The notes: generated from the sequence alone by a model not told the origin. A DNA stretch of 42,718 bases from Eubacteriales bacterium (GCA_045603205.1 JAZULS010000086.1:1-42718); one strand, 5' to 3'. Shown: positions 1 through 9,882, counted from the stretch's first letter. Translations and numbers: made by a program.

Positions 1-756
1 GTTCTTGTCCCAGCCTTCCTTGCAGTGATCCTTCATCCATTCCTTGAGTCTTGCAACCTCGTCAGCATCGTAGATACCCTCGCTCATACGGCGGATGATC
101 TCTACCTCGTCAACGGATTCAACTCTCATGCCGAGGTAGTCCTCGATAAAGTCGGAGTCGATGATGGAGCCGCCGATACCCATGCAGATGAAGCCGATCT
201 GTAGGTAGGACTTGCCGCGCATTGTAGCAACTGCAACAGCAGCGCGAGCAAAGCGGAGGATCTTCTCCTGTACGTCCTCGGGAATGTTTGTCACCTCGTC
301 AAGGTTCTGTACGTCGTGGCCGTAGATGCCGAATGCGGGGAGACCCTTCTGAGCGTGTGTTGCGAGAACGGATGCAAGGTAAACCGCACCGGGACGCTCA
401 GTTCCGTTGAAGCCCCAAACAGCCTTGATTGTGTTAGGATCCATGTCCATAGTTTCAGAGCCGTAGCACCAGCAGGGTGTAACGGTGAGAGTGATGTCAA
501 CGCCCTCTCTCTTGAACTTTTCAGCGCAAGCTGCGCTCTCTGCAACGCGACCGATGGTAGTGTCCGCGATAACTACCTTTACGGCCTCGCCGTTAGAGTA
601 ACAAAGATTTTCGGTGATAAGCTTTGCGGCTGCATTCGCCATAGCCATTGTCTGATCCTCAAGGGATTCTCTTACCTTAAGGGGACCGCGGCGACCGTCG
701 ATGGTAGGACGGATACCGATTACGGGATAGCTGCCGATAAGTCTGCTCTCTGCCAT
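1..756 (-). CDS. fucI: L-fucose isomerase, 5' part; runs off the window start
   Basis: Missing from the ORF track. Manual translation gives [24 protein letters not shown]...VRESLEDQT...[17 protein letters not shown]...[15 protein letters not shown], which are FucI hallmark motifs. RBS AGGAG precedes the ATG at 756. Confidence 0.95.
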   Translation of the reverse strand, partial: MAESRLIGSYPVIGIRPTIDGRRGPLKVRESLEDQTMAMANAAAKLITENLCYSNGEAVKVVIADTTIGRVAESAACAEKFKREGVDITLTVTPCWCYGSETMDMDPNTIKAVWGFNGTERPGAVYLASVLATHAQKGLPAFGIYGHDVQNLDEVTNIPEDVQEKILRFARAAVAVATMRGKSYLQIGFICMGIGGSIIDSDFIEDYLGMRVESVDEVEIIRRMSEGIYDADEVARLKEWMKDHCKEGWDKN

Positions 757-859
757 AATGTTTTTCTCCTTATTATATTAAATAAAATTTCCTATTGATT
801 TTACCGATCAGGTATTTCTGATCGCAAGAACGTTGCGGCTGATTTGCCACTCTCTTATT

Positions 860-888
860 AGAGTATCACATTTTTTCATTTTTTTCAA
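860..888 (-). promoter_or_regulatory. sigmaA-type promoter for fucI
   Basis: TTGAAA-17 bp-TACTCT with extended -10 TG on the minus strand. Confidence 0.55.
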
Positions 889-965
889 TAGTTATTTGTG
901 AGTTATGTATGAAAATACCTATAATTTCTTTAAAGCCTCCCTCTCTTTCATCACAGGACCGCAGT

Positions 966-1006
966 AAAAGATACAGCAGACTATGGTGGAACATAGTCTG
1001 CTGTAT
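966..1006 (-). terminator. Rho-independent terminator of the SLH protein gene
   Basis: Perfect 15-bp stem ATACAGCAGACTATG/CATAGTCTGCTGTAT with a 6-nt loop, followed by CTTTT on the minus strand. Confidence 0.8.
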
Positions 1007-1052
1007 GTGTCCCGTAAACGGACATAATTCACGGGAGATAGCCGAGTATTTA

Positions 1053-3323
1053 TCAGTAAGGCAATTCTATGGAATAGAATATGAAATTCGAGGTTTGTGG
1101 ATTGCTGGACTGAAGTGTGTCATAGTCGTATCGATCCACCTCTTTATCCAAGGTTGTGTGCCGGTTTCCGCCAAGGTCCATGTAGGTGATAATACAAAGC
1201 ACGTTATCCTGGATAGAACAGCTTCTTGTGGTCGTTGCGGCAAGACGGTCATGCTTAAACTTCGCCGTACTTCCCTTGATGCTCATGGGAATGGCTCCCA
1301 CACTTCCGTTTTCGGTCCTTATCATAGGGATCAAAAGATTCGTTTCCTCTAAATTGATCTTATAAAGCTCCAGTTGGGCGTTGGAGAGTGACTGGTCTAA
1401 TGCCACAAGATATACTTCTCCGTCGGTGTTCTCTCCCACGGCAAGCTGATAATGACTGCTTCCGGAGTTGGTGTTCTTTAAGGTCAGCTTTTTGGGTCCT
1501 CTTATCTTCTCAAATCCGTTATTAGCATCGTATACGGAGTAGTAATTGGCGCCGCTTACTGAATAGAAAACGTGGAAATATCCGTCTGAAGCAAGGAAGG
1601 TACAGCCGCCGTCATATGTACAAGCGTGAGCGGGAGTGATCATGCCGTCTGTCCTTGGGAACTTTCTCTCATTGGTATAATCGGGCTCGTAGATCTTGTC
1701 TAAGATAACGACCTCTTCCTTATTAATATCGGGAATGGCAAAGAGATAGACCGCATCCCACACATACGAGGAGGTATTAAACTTTATATCAGCGTCATAT
1801 AGCTTTTTGTAAAGGGTCGTGAGCTGTTCCGGAGTTCCCGTACGACAGCCCACACCGAAAATTCCGCCCTTTCCGTCGGCGAAAAGGTTGAAGTATTCAA
1901 AGCGGTTTGCACCTGTGGGGATCTCGCCGTTGTAGTTTTTGTTCTCCCAAGTATGGGTACTTATGTCGTAATTGAACCATGATACGTATCCGACACCGAA
2001 GTTTCCGCCGGCTCCGAAGCATGCGTGAATGGTGTTATTTATATTGTCGATAACGGGATGTTGCTTATCCGCGTTCATAACACCTACTATCTGAAAGGCA
2101 TCGGGATCGGGGTTTTCAAAGGGGACCACGGCCTTTCCTACGTGCTTTATGGTGTTTGTCTTGGTATCGAACTCGTGTACTGCAAGATATGCTGAGTATT
2201 CAGCCAGATCGGAATGAAAATAGCTTACGGGGTCAACGAGGATATTGACGATATATACCATTCCGTCATTGCCGCACAGTAAGTTGGGAGAACAATTGCC
2301 CCAAATGGGGAAGGTGCTTTCATACACCTTATTGAAGCCGTGGTCCGTCACCTGAACCAGCATAAATTTAGCCTCTGCAATTGCGTAAGTATTATCCCCC
2401 TTGTACGTTCCGGTTTCAAGCAGGCTTTCATCCTGAACGAACACTATGTACGTGCCGTATTCGTTGCGGACAACTCTTGTTTCATGCCAACCGTGAGTGC
2501 TGATGCCGGTTACGGTAAACTGGTTCTCTGCCCCACCGTCATCCATCACGACTGCCTGCGAAACCTTAAAGTCTTCAACTAAAGTCAGCGAATCTGTTGA
2601 AACCGTGCCGATGTTTGAGGGGTTAGGGTCGTTTTTATCCTGACTTGGTCTGTTGTAGTTTGGGAATATGATTCCGTTATCAGCCTCCGGCAGACACGCC
2701 AGCATCCTTGCCGCTTCAACGCGGGTGGTGCCCCTGGTGGGTTCAAAGTTTCCCTTTCCGTCACCGCTTATGATACCCGCAGCAACGCACCTGTCAACTC
2801 CCTCACGTGCCCAGACAGCAACCTTGTCAATGTCATTAATCTGAACACCCATGTCGGTGGGAACGGTAAGCCCCATATAATCAATAAAGGTGTCAAGAAA
2901 CTTAGCAGTCTCCTGTCGGCTCACGCTGATTTCAGGCTTGAAGTAAAGGAGGTCTCCCTTCGGTATCCCCGAGGTGATACCCTCGTCAATCGCCCAAGCG
3001 ACGGCATCCACCGCCCAAGAGCTTATGTCATCTGCGTCAGCAAAGGTGGCGCTGAGAGTGTCAAGAGAGCCTGTAACGGTGGATTTCGCGATCCTGTAGA
3101 GAGTTACAACGAGCTGTTCACGGGTAAGAGGTAAGTCAGACCCGAAGGTGGTACCGCCCGTACCCTTCATTATTTCCTTTTCGTATACGGTACTGACGTA
3201 TTCGTCCGCCCAACCCGGAACGTCTGTGAACGGATGGGTCGCTGAAGTGCCGTTAACTGCAACAAACAAGAGCCCCGTCAGCATTATCGCCGCAAAAAAT
3301 ACACTAATAACGCGTTTTAACAT
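1053..3323 (-). CDS. Secreted protein with three N-terminal S-layer homology (SLH) domains and a large uncharacterised C-terminal region
   Basis: Signal peptide, then SLH motifs FTDVPGWA...IMKG...LTREQ, FADADDISSWA...VSRQE, DIDKVAVWA...TTRVEAA. GGAGG spacing favours the ATG at 3323 over 3329. Confidence 0.85.
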   Translation of the reverse strand: MLKRVISVFFAAIMLTGLLFVAVNGTSATHPFTDVPGWADEYVSTVYEKEIMKGTGGTTFGSDLPLTREQLVVTLYRIAKSTVTGSLDTLSATFADADDISSWAVDAVAWAIDEGITSGIPKGDLLYFKPEISVSRQETAKFLDTFIDYMGLTVPTDMGVQINDIDKVAVWAREGVDRCVAAGIISGDGKGNFEPTRGTTRVEAARMLACLPEADNGIIFPNYNRPSQDKNDPNPSNIGTVSTDSLTLVEDFKVSQAVVMDDGGAENQFTVTGISTHGWHETRVVRNEYGTYIVFVQDESLLETGTYKGDNTYAIAEAKFMLVQVTDHGFNKVYESTFPIWGNCSPNLLCGNDGMVYIVNILVDPVSYFHSDLAEYSAYLAVHEFDTKTNTIKHVGKAVVPFENPDPDAFQIVGVMNADKQHPVIDNINNTIHACFGAGGNFGVGYVSWFNYDISTHTWENKNYNGEIPTGANRFEYFNLFADGKGGIFGVGCRTGTPEQLTTLYKKLYDADIKFNTSSYVWDAVYLFAIPDINKEEVVILDKIYEPDYTNERKFPRTDGMITPAHACTYDGGCTFLASDGYFHVFYSVSGANYYSVYDANNGFEKIRGPKKLTLKNTNSGSSHYQLAVGENTDGEVYLVALDQSLSNAQLELYKINLEETNLLIPMIRTENGSVGAIPMSIKGSTAKFKHDRLAATTTRSCSIQDNVLCIITYMDLGGNRHTTLDKEVDRYDYDTLQSSNPQTSNFIFYSIELPY

Positions 3324-3364
3324 GATCATCCTCCGATTTTAGCGTCCGTTAAGATGTCAAGAAA

Positions 3365-3393
3365 ATAATATCATAATTTTTTTGCAAAGTCAA
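3365..3393 (-). promoter_or_regulatory. sigmaA-type promoter of the SLH gene
   Basis: TTGACT-17 bp-TATTAT with extended -10 TG. Confidence 0.7.
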
Positions 3394-3515
3394 CGGGACC
3401 TAAAAAAACAGAAGATTTTTGATACGGTGCGGAGTCCGAGATACCCTAAAACAGCCGCAAACATGTGTCGGTCAAAACGTTTTTTGAAAAAACTCAGTTA
3501 ATTTGCAATATAAGG

Positions 3516-3544
3516 TTGATTTTTTCGGCAAAACAAGGTAAAAT
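3516..3544 (+). promoter_or_regulatory. sigmaA-type promoter of fba
   Basis: TTGATT-17 bp-TAAAAT. Confidence 0.6.
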
Positions 3545-3605
3545 AAATTAGATAATAAAAAATACACCTTCGGGGACACCCGAAGACAAAGAAAGGATCA
3601 TTATC

Positions 3606-4565
3606 ATGGCACTCGTTAATACAAAAGAGATGTTCAAGAAGGCTTATGAGGGCGGCTACGCTATCGGTGCTTTCAATATCAACAACATGGAGATCATCCA
3701 GGCTATCACTGAGGCTGCAGGCGAGCTCAAGAGCCCCGTAGTTCTTCAGGTTTCCGCAGGTGCAAGAAAGTACGCTAAGCAGGAGTACCTTCTCGCTCTC
3801 GCTAACGCTGCTATCAAGGATTCCGGCGTTGACCTCGCACTTCACCTCGACCACGGCGCAGATTTCGAGATCTGCAAGGCTTGCATCGACGGCGGCTTCA
3901 CATCCGTTATGATCGACGGTTCTCACCACAACTTTGAGGACAACATCGCAGTTACCAAGAAGGTAGTTGAGTACGCACACGAGCGCCGCGTTACCGTTGA
4001 AGGTGAGCTCGGCGTTCTCGCAGGCGTTGAAGACGACGTTGTTGCTGAAGATTCCACATACACACGTCCCGAGGAAGTTGAAGAGTTCGTTGCAAGAACC
4101 GGCGTTGACTCTCTCGCTATCTCCATCGGTACATCCCACGGTGCATACAAGTTCACACCCGCACAGTGCACAAGAAACGAGAAGGGTATCCTCGTTCCCC
4201 CGCCGCTCCGATTCGACATCCTCGAGGAGATCATGGAGAAGATTCCGGGCTTCCCGATCGTTCTTCACGGTGCATCTTCCGTTCCCCAGGAGTACGTTGA
4301 GGAGTTCAACAACATCGGCGGAAAGCTTCCCGATGCAGTTGGTATTCCCGAGGAGCAGCTTAGAAAGGCAGCTTCCCTTGCAGTATGTAAGATCAACATC
4401 GACTCCGATATCCGTCTTGCAATGACAGCAGGTATCCGTCGCGTACTTACAAACCAGCCCGACGTATTCGACCCCAGAACTTACCTCACCGTAGCTCGTG
4501 CAGAGGTTAAGAAGATGGTTGCTCACAAGATCCTCAACGTTCTTGGCAGCGCGAATACTCTTTAA
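3606..4565 (+). CDS. fba: Class II fructose-1,6-bisphosphate aldolase
   Basis: GYAIGAFNINN, LHLDHG, FTSVMIDGS, VEGELG, IGTSHGAYK, VLHGASS, KINIDSD, FDPR. Confidence 0.96.
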   Translation: MALVNTKEMFKKAYEGGYAIGAFNINNMEIIQAITEAAGELKSPVVLQVSAGARKYAKQEYLLALANAAIKDSGVDLALHLDHGADFEICKACIDGGFTSVMIDGSHHNFEDNIAVTKKVVEYAHERRVTVEGELGVLAGVEDDVVAEDSTYTRPEEVEEFVARTGVDSLAISIGTSHGAYKFTPAQCTRNEKGILVPPPLRFDILEEIMEKIPGFPIVLHGASSVPQEYVEEFNNIGGKLPDAVGIPEEQLRKAASLAVCKINIDSDIRLAMTAGIRRVLTNQPDVFDPRTYLTVARAEVKKMVAHKILNVLGSANTL

Positions 4566-4575
4566 TTTTGAATTT

Positions 4576-4605
4576 AAAAACGACAGTCGAAAGGCTGTCG
4601 TTTTT
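4576..4605 (+). terminator. Rho-independent terminator after fba
   Basis: AAAAACGACAGTC-GAAA-GGCTGTCGTTTTT. Confidence 0.85.
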
Positions 4606-4704
4606 GTTTCTTACTCACTGTCCGATGTATTTGTCCCCATGTCAGATGTAACTCCTCTGTCACGGCACTTCCCCCACCATTTGGCTCAGCTTCTCAATAA
4701 CACA

Positions 4705-4736
4705 CAAAAAGCAGATGCTCACACATCTGCTTTTTG
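4705..4736 (-). terminator. Rho-independent terminator of the GLUG protein gene
   Basis: CAAAAAGCAGATG-CTCACA-CATCTGCTTTTTG. Confidence 0.85.
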
Positions 4737-4748
4737 ATTAGTTATTTA

Positions 4749-7568
4749 TTAGTCATAGTACCAGGTGATTCTGAAACAACCGTCAAGATAGGAATAATCA
4801 GTTCTGCACTCAAGCAGGAACAGCTCGCCACGATACTCTACATAAATATCGAGCCATACCATATTGCTGCTTAAGAACAAGAGATCATCGTCCAATACGA
4901 TACCGATCGTCTCCATGGAGTCACCTGAAACCGTCACACTACTGAGATAGCTGTTTCCGCCGGTATACAGCGCGTAAATATCTTCACTTTCACCACCAAC
5001 GTAAACATATCCACGGTCAAGAACCTTGATGGATGAATTCTCGTTGTTTGTGAGTATGACTACATAGAAATCAGTGTAATCCGACTGTCTTGACATAAAT
5101 ACTTCTACATCAGGATAGTCAACTGTCACCTTCAGCTTGTGAGTATCCTTGTAGGTCTTACCGTTATAGGTTATCCTCGCAGTTACCGTAACGGTACCCT
5201 CGTCAAGTCCTGTAATCTTTCCTGCGGAAGTGATCTTTGCGATGCTCTTGTTGCTTACAGACCAAGTCACCTTTGCTCCGCTGGGATAGGTGCTTGCCTT
5301 CATTGTCATCGTCTGACCGATGAAAAGTCCGGTTGCACTGGTTGTAATATTAACGCTGGGCTTCTTAACGGTTACCTTGATCTTCTGAGAAACACCGTTA
5401 GACTTTACGGTAATCGTAGCTGTACCTGCAGCCACACCCTTGATAGTTCCCTTAGAAGAAACAGTCGCTATCTTGCTGTTGGATGTGGAGTATGTGATCT
5501 TGGTGTTACTCTTAGCACCGATCTTGATAGTATCCCCTACAAGTACGCTGGCACTTGTCTTCTCTGTAGGTGTGATCTTATAGGTAAGAGTCTTTGTTCC
5601 TGTATAGTTACCCTTGAGAGTTACTTTTACAGAGTAGGTACCAACATTCTTCATGCCGGAGGGGTATTTTACGGAGTAGCTTGCGGTAGAAAGTGTACTT
5701 CCGTTTGCGTTAACTACAGATACAGACGGCTTCTTTGTTTTTCCGTCGTATATAGAGACAGCCTTCTTGAAGGAAACCTTACATGTGGAAATATCAATGG
5801 GGTTGATCTTATAGGTAAGTGTTTTTGTTCCTGTGTAGTTACCACCTAGAGTTACCTTTACAGAGTAAGTACCCGCATTTTTCATACCGGAGGGGTATTT
5901 TACGGAGTAGCTTGCGGTAGAAAGTGCGCTTCCGTTTGCATTTGTTACAACAACGGAGGGTTTCTTTGTACTTCCGTCATAGGTTGAGTAAGCCTTCTTG
6001 AAGGAAACTTTACATGTAGAAATACTGATAGGATTGATCTTGTAGGTAAGTGTCTTTGTTCCGCTATAATTACCACCTAGAGTTACCTTTACGGAATATG
6101 TTCCCGCACTCTTCATACCGGAGGGGTATGACACGGTGTAATTGGATGAAGAAATCGTGTTGCCCTTGGAGTCTTTCACAACAACGGAGGGTTTCTTTGT
6201 GCTTCCGTCGTAGGTGGAAGAAGACTTCTTGAAAGCTATGCTTGTGATCTTGTAAATAGTCTTGGTTGACTTTACGTCGCCGCAAGCAGAGCACTTCTCC
6301 TCAGACTTACCATCCTTTGTTGTTGTAGCCTTGGTTACAACTGTCTTATAATCGTGGCCTGCAACAGTGATGTCAAAGGAGTAGGACTCTTCTCCATAAG
6401 TTACGGTAACGGTATGAGTTCCTGCTGTAAGCTTGCCCTTAACGTCAAAGTCGCAGTCGAGAACGTAGTCTGTGATCTCATTGATCTGACCATCGGGAAG
6501 CTCCTCAACTACGGTGAGTCCTGCAAAGTCAACTATATCACCTGCGTGGTACTCAAGTTTTGTGGGAGCAGTAATAGTGATAGCACTCTTTCCGCCCTGA
6601 AGATAAGGATAACCGTTATTATTTTTACTGCTGATTGTCCAAACCGTATCAAAGTCAAAGTTGCTGAAGGAGGCTTTATCTCTCATCTGGGACGCGGTGA
6701 GTTCTGTAGCGTAGCCTGAACCGGCTCCCACAGCATATGTAGCACTGCCTGCAAGATAATAACAGCCTGTAATGCTTCCGGAAGAACACCAACCAATAAT
6801 AGCTCCGCTGTCAAGTCCGTTGATCAAACCGGCGTTGTAGCTCTTAGTGACACCTCCACCACTAGAATATCCAAAGATACCGCCGATTTCCGAGTAACCG
6901 GAAACATTTCCGACATTATAGCTGTTGTATACGTTTCCGTAGCTGTTACTTCCAACGATACCGCCAATGTCATAGTTTTCACCGGAAATATCACCTGTAT
7001 TATATGATGTGTAGATGTCACCATGATTACTGTATCCAACTATACCACCGACATATGATTCTCCGGAAACATGACTTTCGTTATAGCACTTTATAATAGC
7101 CGTGTGACTGTTAAATCCAACAATAGCTCCGACGTAACCTCCACCGCTGATATAGGAATCAACCACACCTACGTTGGAGATAGTCGCGTAGGAAGTATAA
7201 CCGAATAAGCCCTGATAGTCATCATAACTGTTGATATAAAGTCCGGACACCTCGTGACCGTCACCGTCAAAGTTACCTTTAAAGGGATAATTACATCCGA
7301 TAGCTGTCCAAAATATGTTGTTAAGATCAATATCACTTGTGAGCTTGAAATACATGCCCTCATAATGTGATCCGTTGAAGCTTGAATCTGCAAGATAAGC
7401 AAGCTGTTCAGCGCTATCAATGATGTAGGGGTCTGTCTCTGTACCTGTTCCCGAGGCAAATCCCGAAGCGATGCTTCCGTCCCAAACGTCAGTTTTTGCT
7501 GATGCGGTTACGGCAAGGCAAGTGACCATAACTACAGCCACTACCAAGAAAGTAAGCAGTCTTTTCAT
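4749..7568 (-). CDS. Secreted modular protein: GLUG-motif repeat region, Ig-like (Big_3/Big_2-type) domains and three 77-aa repeats
   Basis: Signal peptide; WDGS...GTGTETDPYII, FKGNFDGDGH, GLFG and repeated VGGIVG; TAPTKLEY; YSTSNSKIATVSSKG and WSVSNKSIAKITSAG. GGAGG favours the ATG at 7568. Confidence 0.85.
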   Translation of the reverse strand: MKRLLTFLVVAVVMVTCLAVTASAKTDVWDGSIASGFASGTGTETDPYIIDSAEQLAYLADSSFNGSHYEGMYFKLTSDIDLNNIFWTAIGCNYPFKGNFDGDGHEVSGLYINSYDDYQGLFGYTSYATISNVGVVDSYISGGGYVGAIVGFNSHTAIIKCYNESHVSGESYVGGIVGYSNHGDIYTSYNTGDISGENYDIGGIVGSNSYGNVYNSYNVGNVSGYSEIGGIFGYSSGGGVTKSYNAGLINGLDSGAIIGWCSSGSITGCYYLAGSATYAVGAGSGYATELTASQMRDKASFSNFDFDTVWTISSKNNNGYPYLQGGKSAITITAPTKLEYHAGDIVDFAGLTVVEELPDGQINEITDYVLDCDFDVKGKLTAGTHTVTVTYGEESYSFDITVAGHDYKTVVTKATTTKDGKSEEKCSACGDVKSTKTIYKITSIAFKKSSSTYDGSTKKPSVVVKDSKGNTISSSNYTVSYPSGMKSAGTYSVKVTLGGNYSGTKTLTYKINPISISTCKVSFKKAYSTYDGSTKKPSVVVTNANGSALSTASYSVKYPSGMKNAGTYSVKVTLGGNYTGTKTLTYKINPIDISTCKVSFKKAVSIYDGKTKKPSVSVVNANGSTLSTASYSVKYPSGMKNVGTYSVKVTLKGNYTGTKTLTYKITPTEKTSASVLVGDTIKIGAKSNTKITYSTSNSKIATVSSKGTIKGVAAGTATITVKSNGVSQKIKVTVKKPSVNITTSATGLFIGQTMTMKASTYPSGAKVTWSVSNKSIAKITSAGKITGLDEGTVTVTARITYNGKTYKDTHKLKVTVDYPDVEVFMSRQSDYTDFYVVILTNNENSSIKVLDRGYVYVGGESEDIYALYTGGNSYLSSVTVSGDSMETIGIVLDDDLLFLSSNMVWLDIYVEYRGELFLLECRTDYSYLDGCFRITWYYD
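5574..6240. repeat. About three tandem 231-bp (77-aa) intragenic repeats
   Basis: GATCTT(A/G)TAGGTAAG recurs at 5574, 5805 and 6036; protein unit FKK..S.YDG.TKKPSV.V....G......Y.V.YPSGMK..GTYSVKVTL.GNY.GTKTLTYKI. Confidence 0.92.
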
Positions 7569-7645
7569 AATGTCCTCCATAAAAAACTAAATTGCGCATC
7601 TGAATTTGCGCGTTTTTTTGCTACATAGTTTTCGTAGTTTTCTAA

Positions 7646-7674
7646 ATTATATCACCGAAGGCAGGTTTTGTCAA
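7646..7674 (-). promoter_or_regulatory. Consensus sigmaA promoter of the GLUG protein gene
   Basis: Exact TTGACA-17 bp-TATAAT with extended -10 TG. Confidence 0.85.
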
Positions 7675-7761
7675 TGAAATGAAAGCCAAAATACGATCGG
7701 GCAATACCCTTTTCTCGAAATTTGATGTCTCCCATTTCTCACCTAATTTTTGTCGAAGTCC

Positions 7762-7790
7762 TTGCAAACTTTCGGGAAAAGTTATATAAT
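7762..7790 (+). promoter_or_regulatory. sigmaA promoter of the thioesterase / Nudix-RNase H / DUF1294 operon
   Basis: TTGCAA-17 bp-TATAAT. Confidence 0.75.
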
Positions 7791-7840
7791 ATTCTTCGGT
7801 TTAATTTTCTATACTGATGTTTGAAGTGAGGACACGAAAC

Positions 7841-8578
7841 ATGAAATGGACTGAAACCTACCGACTCGGTGCTGCCGAGTCTGATATAAACAGAATCGCA
7901 TCCCCCTCAGCTATACTCAGATACATGCAAAACGCTACCAACTGCCAGATGATGGCGATGGGTCCCTCCTATGAGGAGCTGTTCGACAGGGGATATGCCT
8001 TTATCCTCAGCAAGATCACCTACAGTATCTACGGCACCATCAGCGCTCACGACGAGTTCGAGGTGGAGACCTGGGCGACCCCCTCAAGAGGCGTTACTTT
8101 CAACCGTTGCTACAGAATCACCAAGGGAGATTCTCTTATCGCAGAGGGAGTTTCCATGTGGGCTCTCGTAAACACCCGCGAAAAGAAGCTTTGCCGTGTT
8201 GGCGAGGTTGAATTAAACTACGGAGAGGATGCCCCTCTTGAGCTTGACACTCCCACAAGATTCCGTATCCCCTCGGAGGCGGAGCTGACCCTCGTCGGTG
8301 AACGACTTGTAGAGTACGCAGACTGTGACCTGAACGGACACATGAACAACACAAAATACCCCGACCTGATGTGCAGCTACATCTGCAGTATGAAGGGCGT
8401 GCGTCCTGCGAAGATCAGCATCAACTTCGTAAACGAAGCACCTCTCGGGGACTCAGTTAAGATTTATTCGGGCTTCTGCGACGACGCATACTACGTGCGT
8501 ACCGTGAGAGAAGACGGAAAGGTGAACGCAGAGGCTGAGATCGTTCTTGAGGACATCTCTCCTTCAAGGATAGGTTGA
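7841..8578 (+). CDS. Acyl-ACP thioesterase (FatA/FatB-like double hot-dog fold)
   Basis: EVETW, SMWALVN...KKL and the catalytic-type motif [13 protein letters not shown]; GAGG precedes the ATG at 7841. Confidence 0.88.
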   Translation: MKWTETYRLGAAESDINRIASPSAILRYMQNATNCQMMAMGPSYEELFDRGYAFILSKITYSIYGTISAHDEFEVETWATPSRGVTFNRCYRITKGDSLIAEGVSMWALVNTREKKLCRVGEVELNYGEDAPLELDTPTRFRIPSEAELTLVGERLVEYADCDLNGHMNNTKYPDLMCSYICSMKGVRPAKISINFVNEAPLGDSVKIYSGFCDDAYYVRTVREDGKVNAEAEIVLEDISPSRIG

Positions 8579-8579
8579 T

Positions 8580-9551
8580 ATGAGATACACTACCCTTTGC
8601 TATATTGAAAAAGACGCTTCCTACCTGATGCTCCACCGCACCAAGAAGGAGCATGACGTGAATCGCGACAAGTGGATAGGAATCGGCGGCTCCTTTGAGT
8701 TCGGCGAGACTCCCGAGGAGTGCGTCACCCGTGAGATGGTGGAGGAGACGGGACTTGAACCCTCGCGCCTCGATTACAGAGGCATCGTCACCTTCCTCTA
8801 CGGAAACGAGTGCGAATATATGCACCTTTTCAAGTGTACGGATTTTTCGGGTGTGATAAAAGAGTGCGACGAGGGCGAGCTTGAATGGGTATCAAAGGAT
8901 AGACTTCCTTCTCTCGAGCTTTGGGAGGGAGATTACGTCTTCCTCGACCTGCTTGAAGAGAACGTGCCCTTCTTCTCGCTGAAGCTGTGCTACGACGCGG
9001 GCGAAAAACTTTCTCTTGCACTTCTTAACGGACAAAGCATCCCCCTGCCCTACAAAAAAGCGGCAAGTGGAGATGAAAAACCGAAGGCAAATGCCAAAAA
9101 CGCCGCGGAAAAGAAGGAAATCGAGATCTATACCGATGGCTCTTGCCGCAAGAATCCCGGTCCCGGCGGCTGGGGCGCGATCCTTGTGTATGGCGGACGT
9201 GAAGTTGAGCTTTCCGGAGGCGAAGCGGAGACCACCAACAACCGAATGGAGCTGACCGCCGTAATAGAGGCTCTCTCCAAGCTGAAGCACCCCTGCCGCG
9301 TCACCCTCACCACCGATTCAAAGTACGTTTGCGACGGAATTTCAAAGGGTTGGGCGAAAAACTGGCGTAAAAAGGGCTGGAAGAAGGGCGACGGATCCCC
9401 TGCCCTGAACCCCGACTTGTGGGAAAAACTGCTCTCTCTCTGCGACACCCACGAGGTGAAGTTCGTGTGGGTCAAGGGACACGCGGGACACCCCTACAAC
9501 GAGCGCTGTGATGAGCTTGCGCAGGCTGAATCGGGTAAGTTTTTGATATGA
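8580..9551 (+). CDS. rnhA: Fusion of a MutT/MutX-type Nudix hydrolase (8-oxo-dGTPase-like) and ribonuclease HI
   Basis: N-terminal [18 protein letters not shown]...DKWIGIG with a complete Nudix box [23 protein letters not shown]. From about 9111: [48 protein letters not shown] (RNase HI). Confidence 0.9.
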   Translation: MRYTTLCYIEKDASYLMLHRTKKEHDVNRDKWIGIGGSFEFGETPEECVTREMVEETGLEPSRLDYRGIVTFLYGNECEYMHLFKCTDFSGVIKECDEGELEWVSKDRLPSLELWEGDYVFLDLLEENVPFFSLKLCYDAGEKLSLALLNGQSIPLPYKKAASGDEKPKANAKNAAEKKEIEIYTDGSCRKNPGPGGWGAILVYGGREVELSGGEAETTNNRMELTAVIEALSKLKHPCRVTLTTDSKYVCDGISKGWAKNWRKKGWKKGDGSPALNPDLWEKLLSLCDTHEVKFVWVKGHAGHPYNERCDELAQAESGKFLI

Positions 9552-9823
9552 TCTACAAGATCTCATTAGTATATTTGGCACTTGTCTCGCTTGTTTCCGT
9601 TGTCGTCACCTGTCACGACAAGCACCGTGCTATCGTAGGCGGCAGGCGTGTGCCCGAGATGACGCTGCTTAATCTTGCGGTCTTCGGCGGCTCCGTGGCG
9701 ATGTATCTGACAATGAAGCTTATACGTCATAAAACGAGACACCCAAAATTCATGGTGGGCATCCCTGTGATAATCTTAATGCAGGTTTTGGTGATAGGCT
9801 CTATCATTTACCTTTGCAGATAA
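9548..9823 (+). CDS. DUF1294 family small membrane protein
   Basis: DK.RA....RRVPE.TL..LA..GGS.......IRHKTRH.KF; ATGA overlap with the upstream gene. Confidence 0.9.
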   Translation: MIYKISLVYLALVSLVSVVVTCHDKHRAIVGGRRVPEMTLLNLAVFGGSVAMYLTMKLIRHKTRHPKFMVGIPVIILMQVLVIGSIIYLCR

Positions 9824-9832
9824 AAAAGATGA

Positions 9833-9866
9833 TCCCCTGCGGCAAAAAAGTCGCAGGGGAATTTTT
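9833..9866. terminator. Terminator between convergent genes
   Basis: TCCCCTGCGGC-AAAAAA-GTCGCAGGGGA followed by ATTTTT. Confidence 0.75.
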
Positions 9867-9882
9867 GTTGGTTGGGTATGTT

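Noticed and set aside
3472-3487. TCAAAACGTTTTTTGA as a cre/LacI operator upstream of fba
   Set aside because: Imperfect AT-rich palindrome that does not match TGWNANCGNTNWCA; chance cannot be excluded.
3498-4526. 342-aa minus-strand ORF, and similar ORFs at 316..798, 14820..15689 and 17311..18072
   Set aside because: Same-register antisense shadows of fba, fucI, serS and ftsZ.
5574-6240. Tandem repeats as a CRISPR array or DGR template/variable pair
   Set aside because: They are in-frame 231-bp coding repeats without spacers, differences are not adenine-specific, and no cas or reverse transcriptase gene is in the window.
7569-7645. c-di-GMP riboswitch ahead of the surface protein gene
   Set aside because: The leader is too short and lacks the GEMM two-hairpin architecture; only a weak GCGCA/TGCGC pairing is present.
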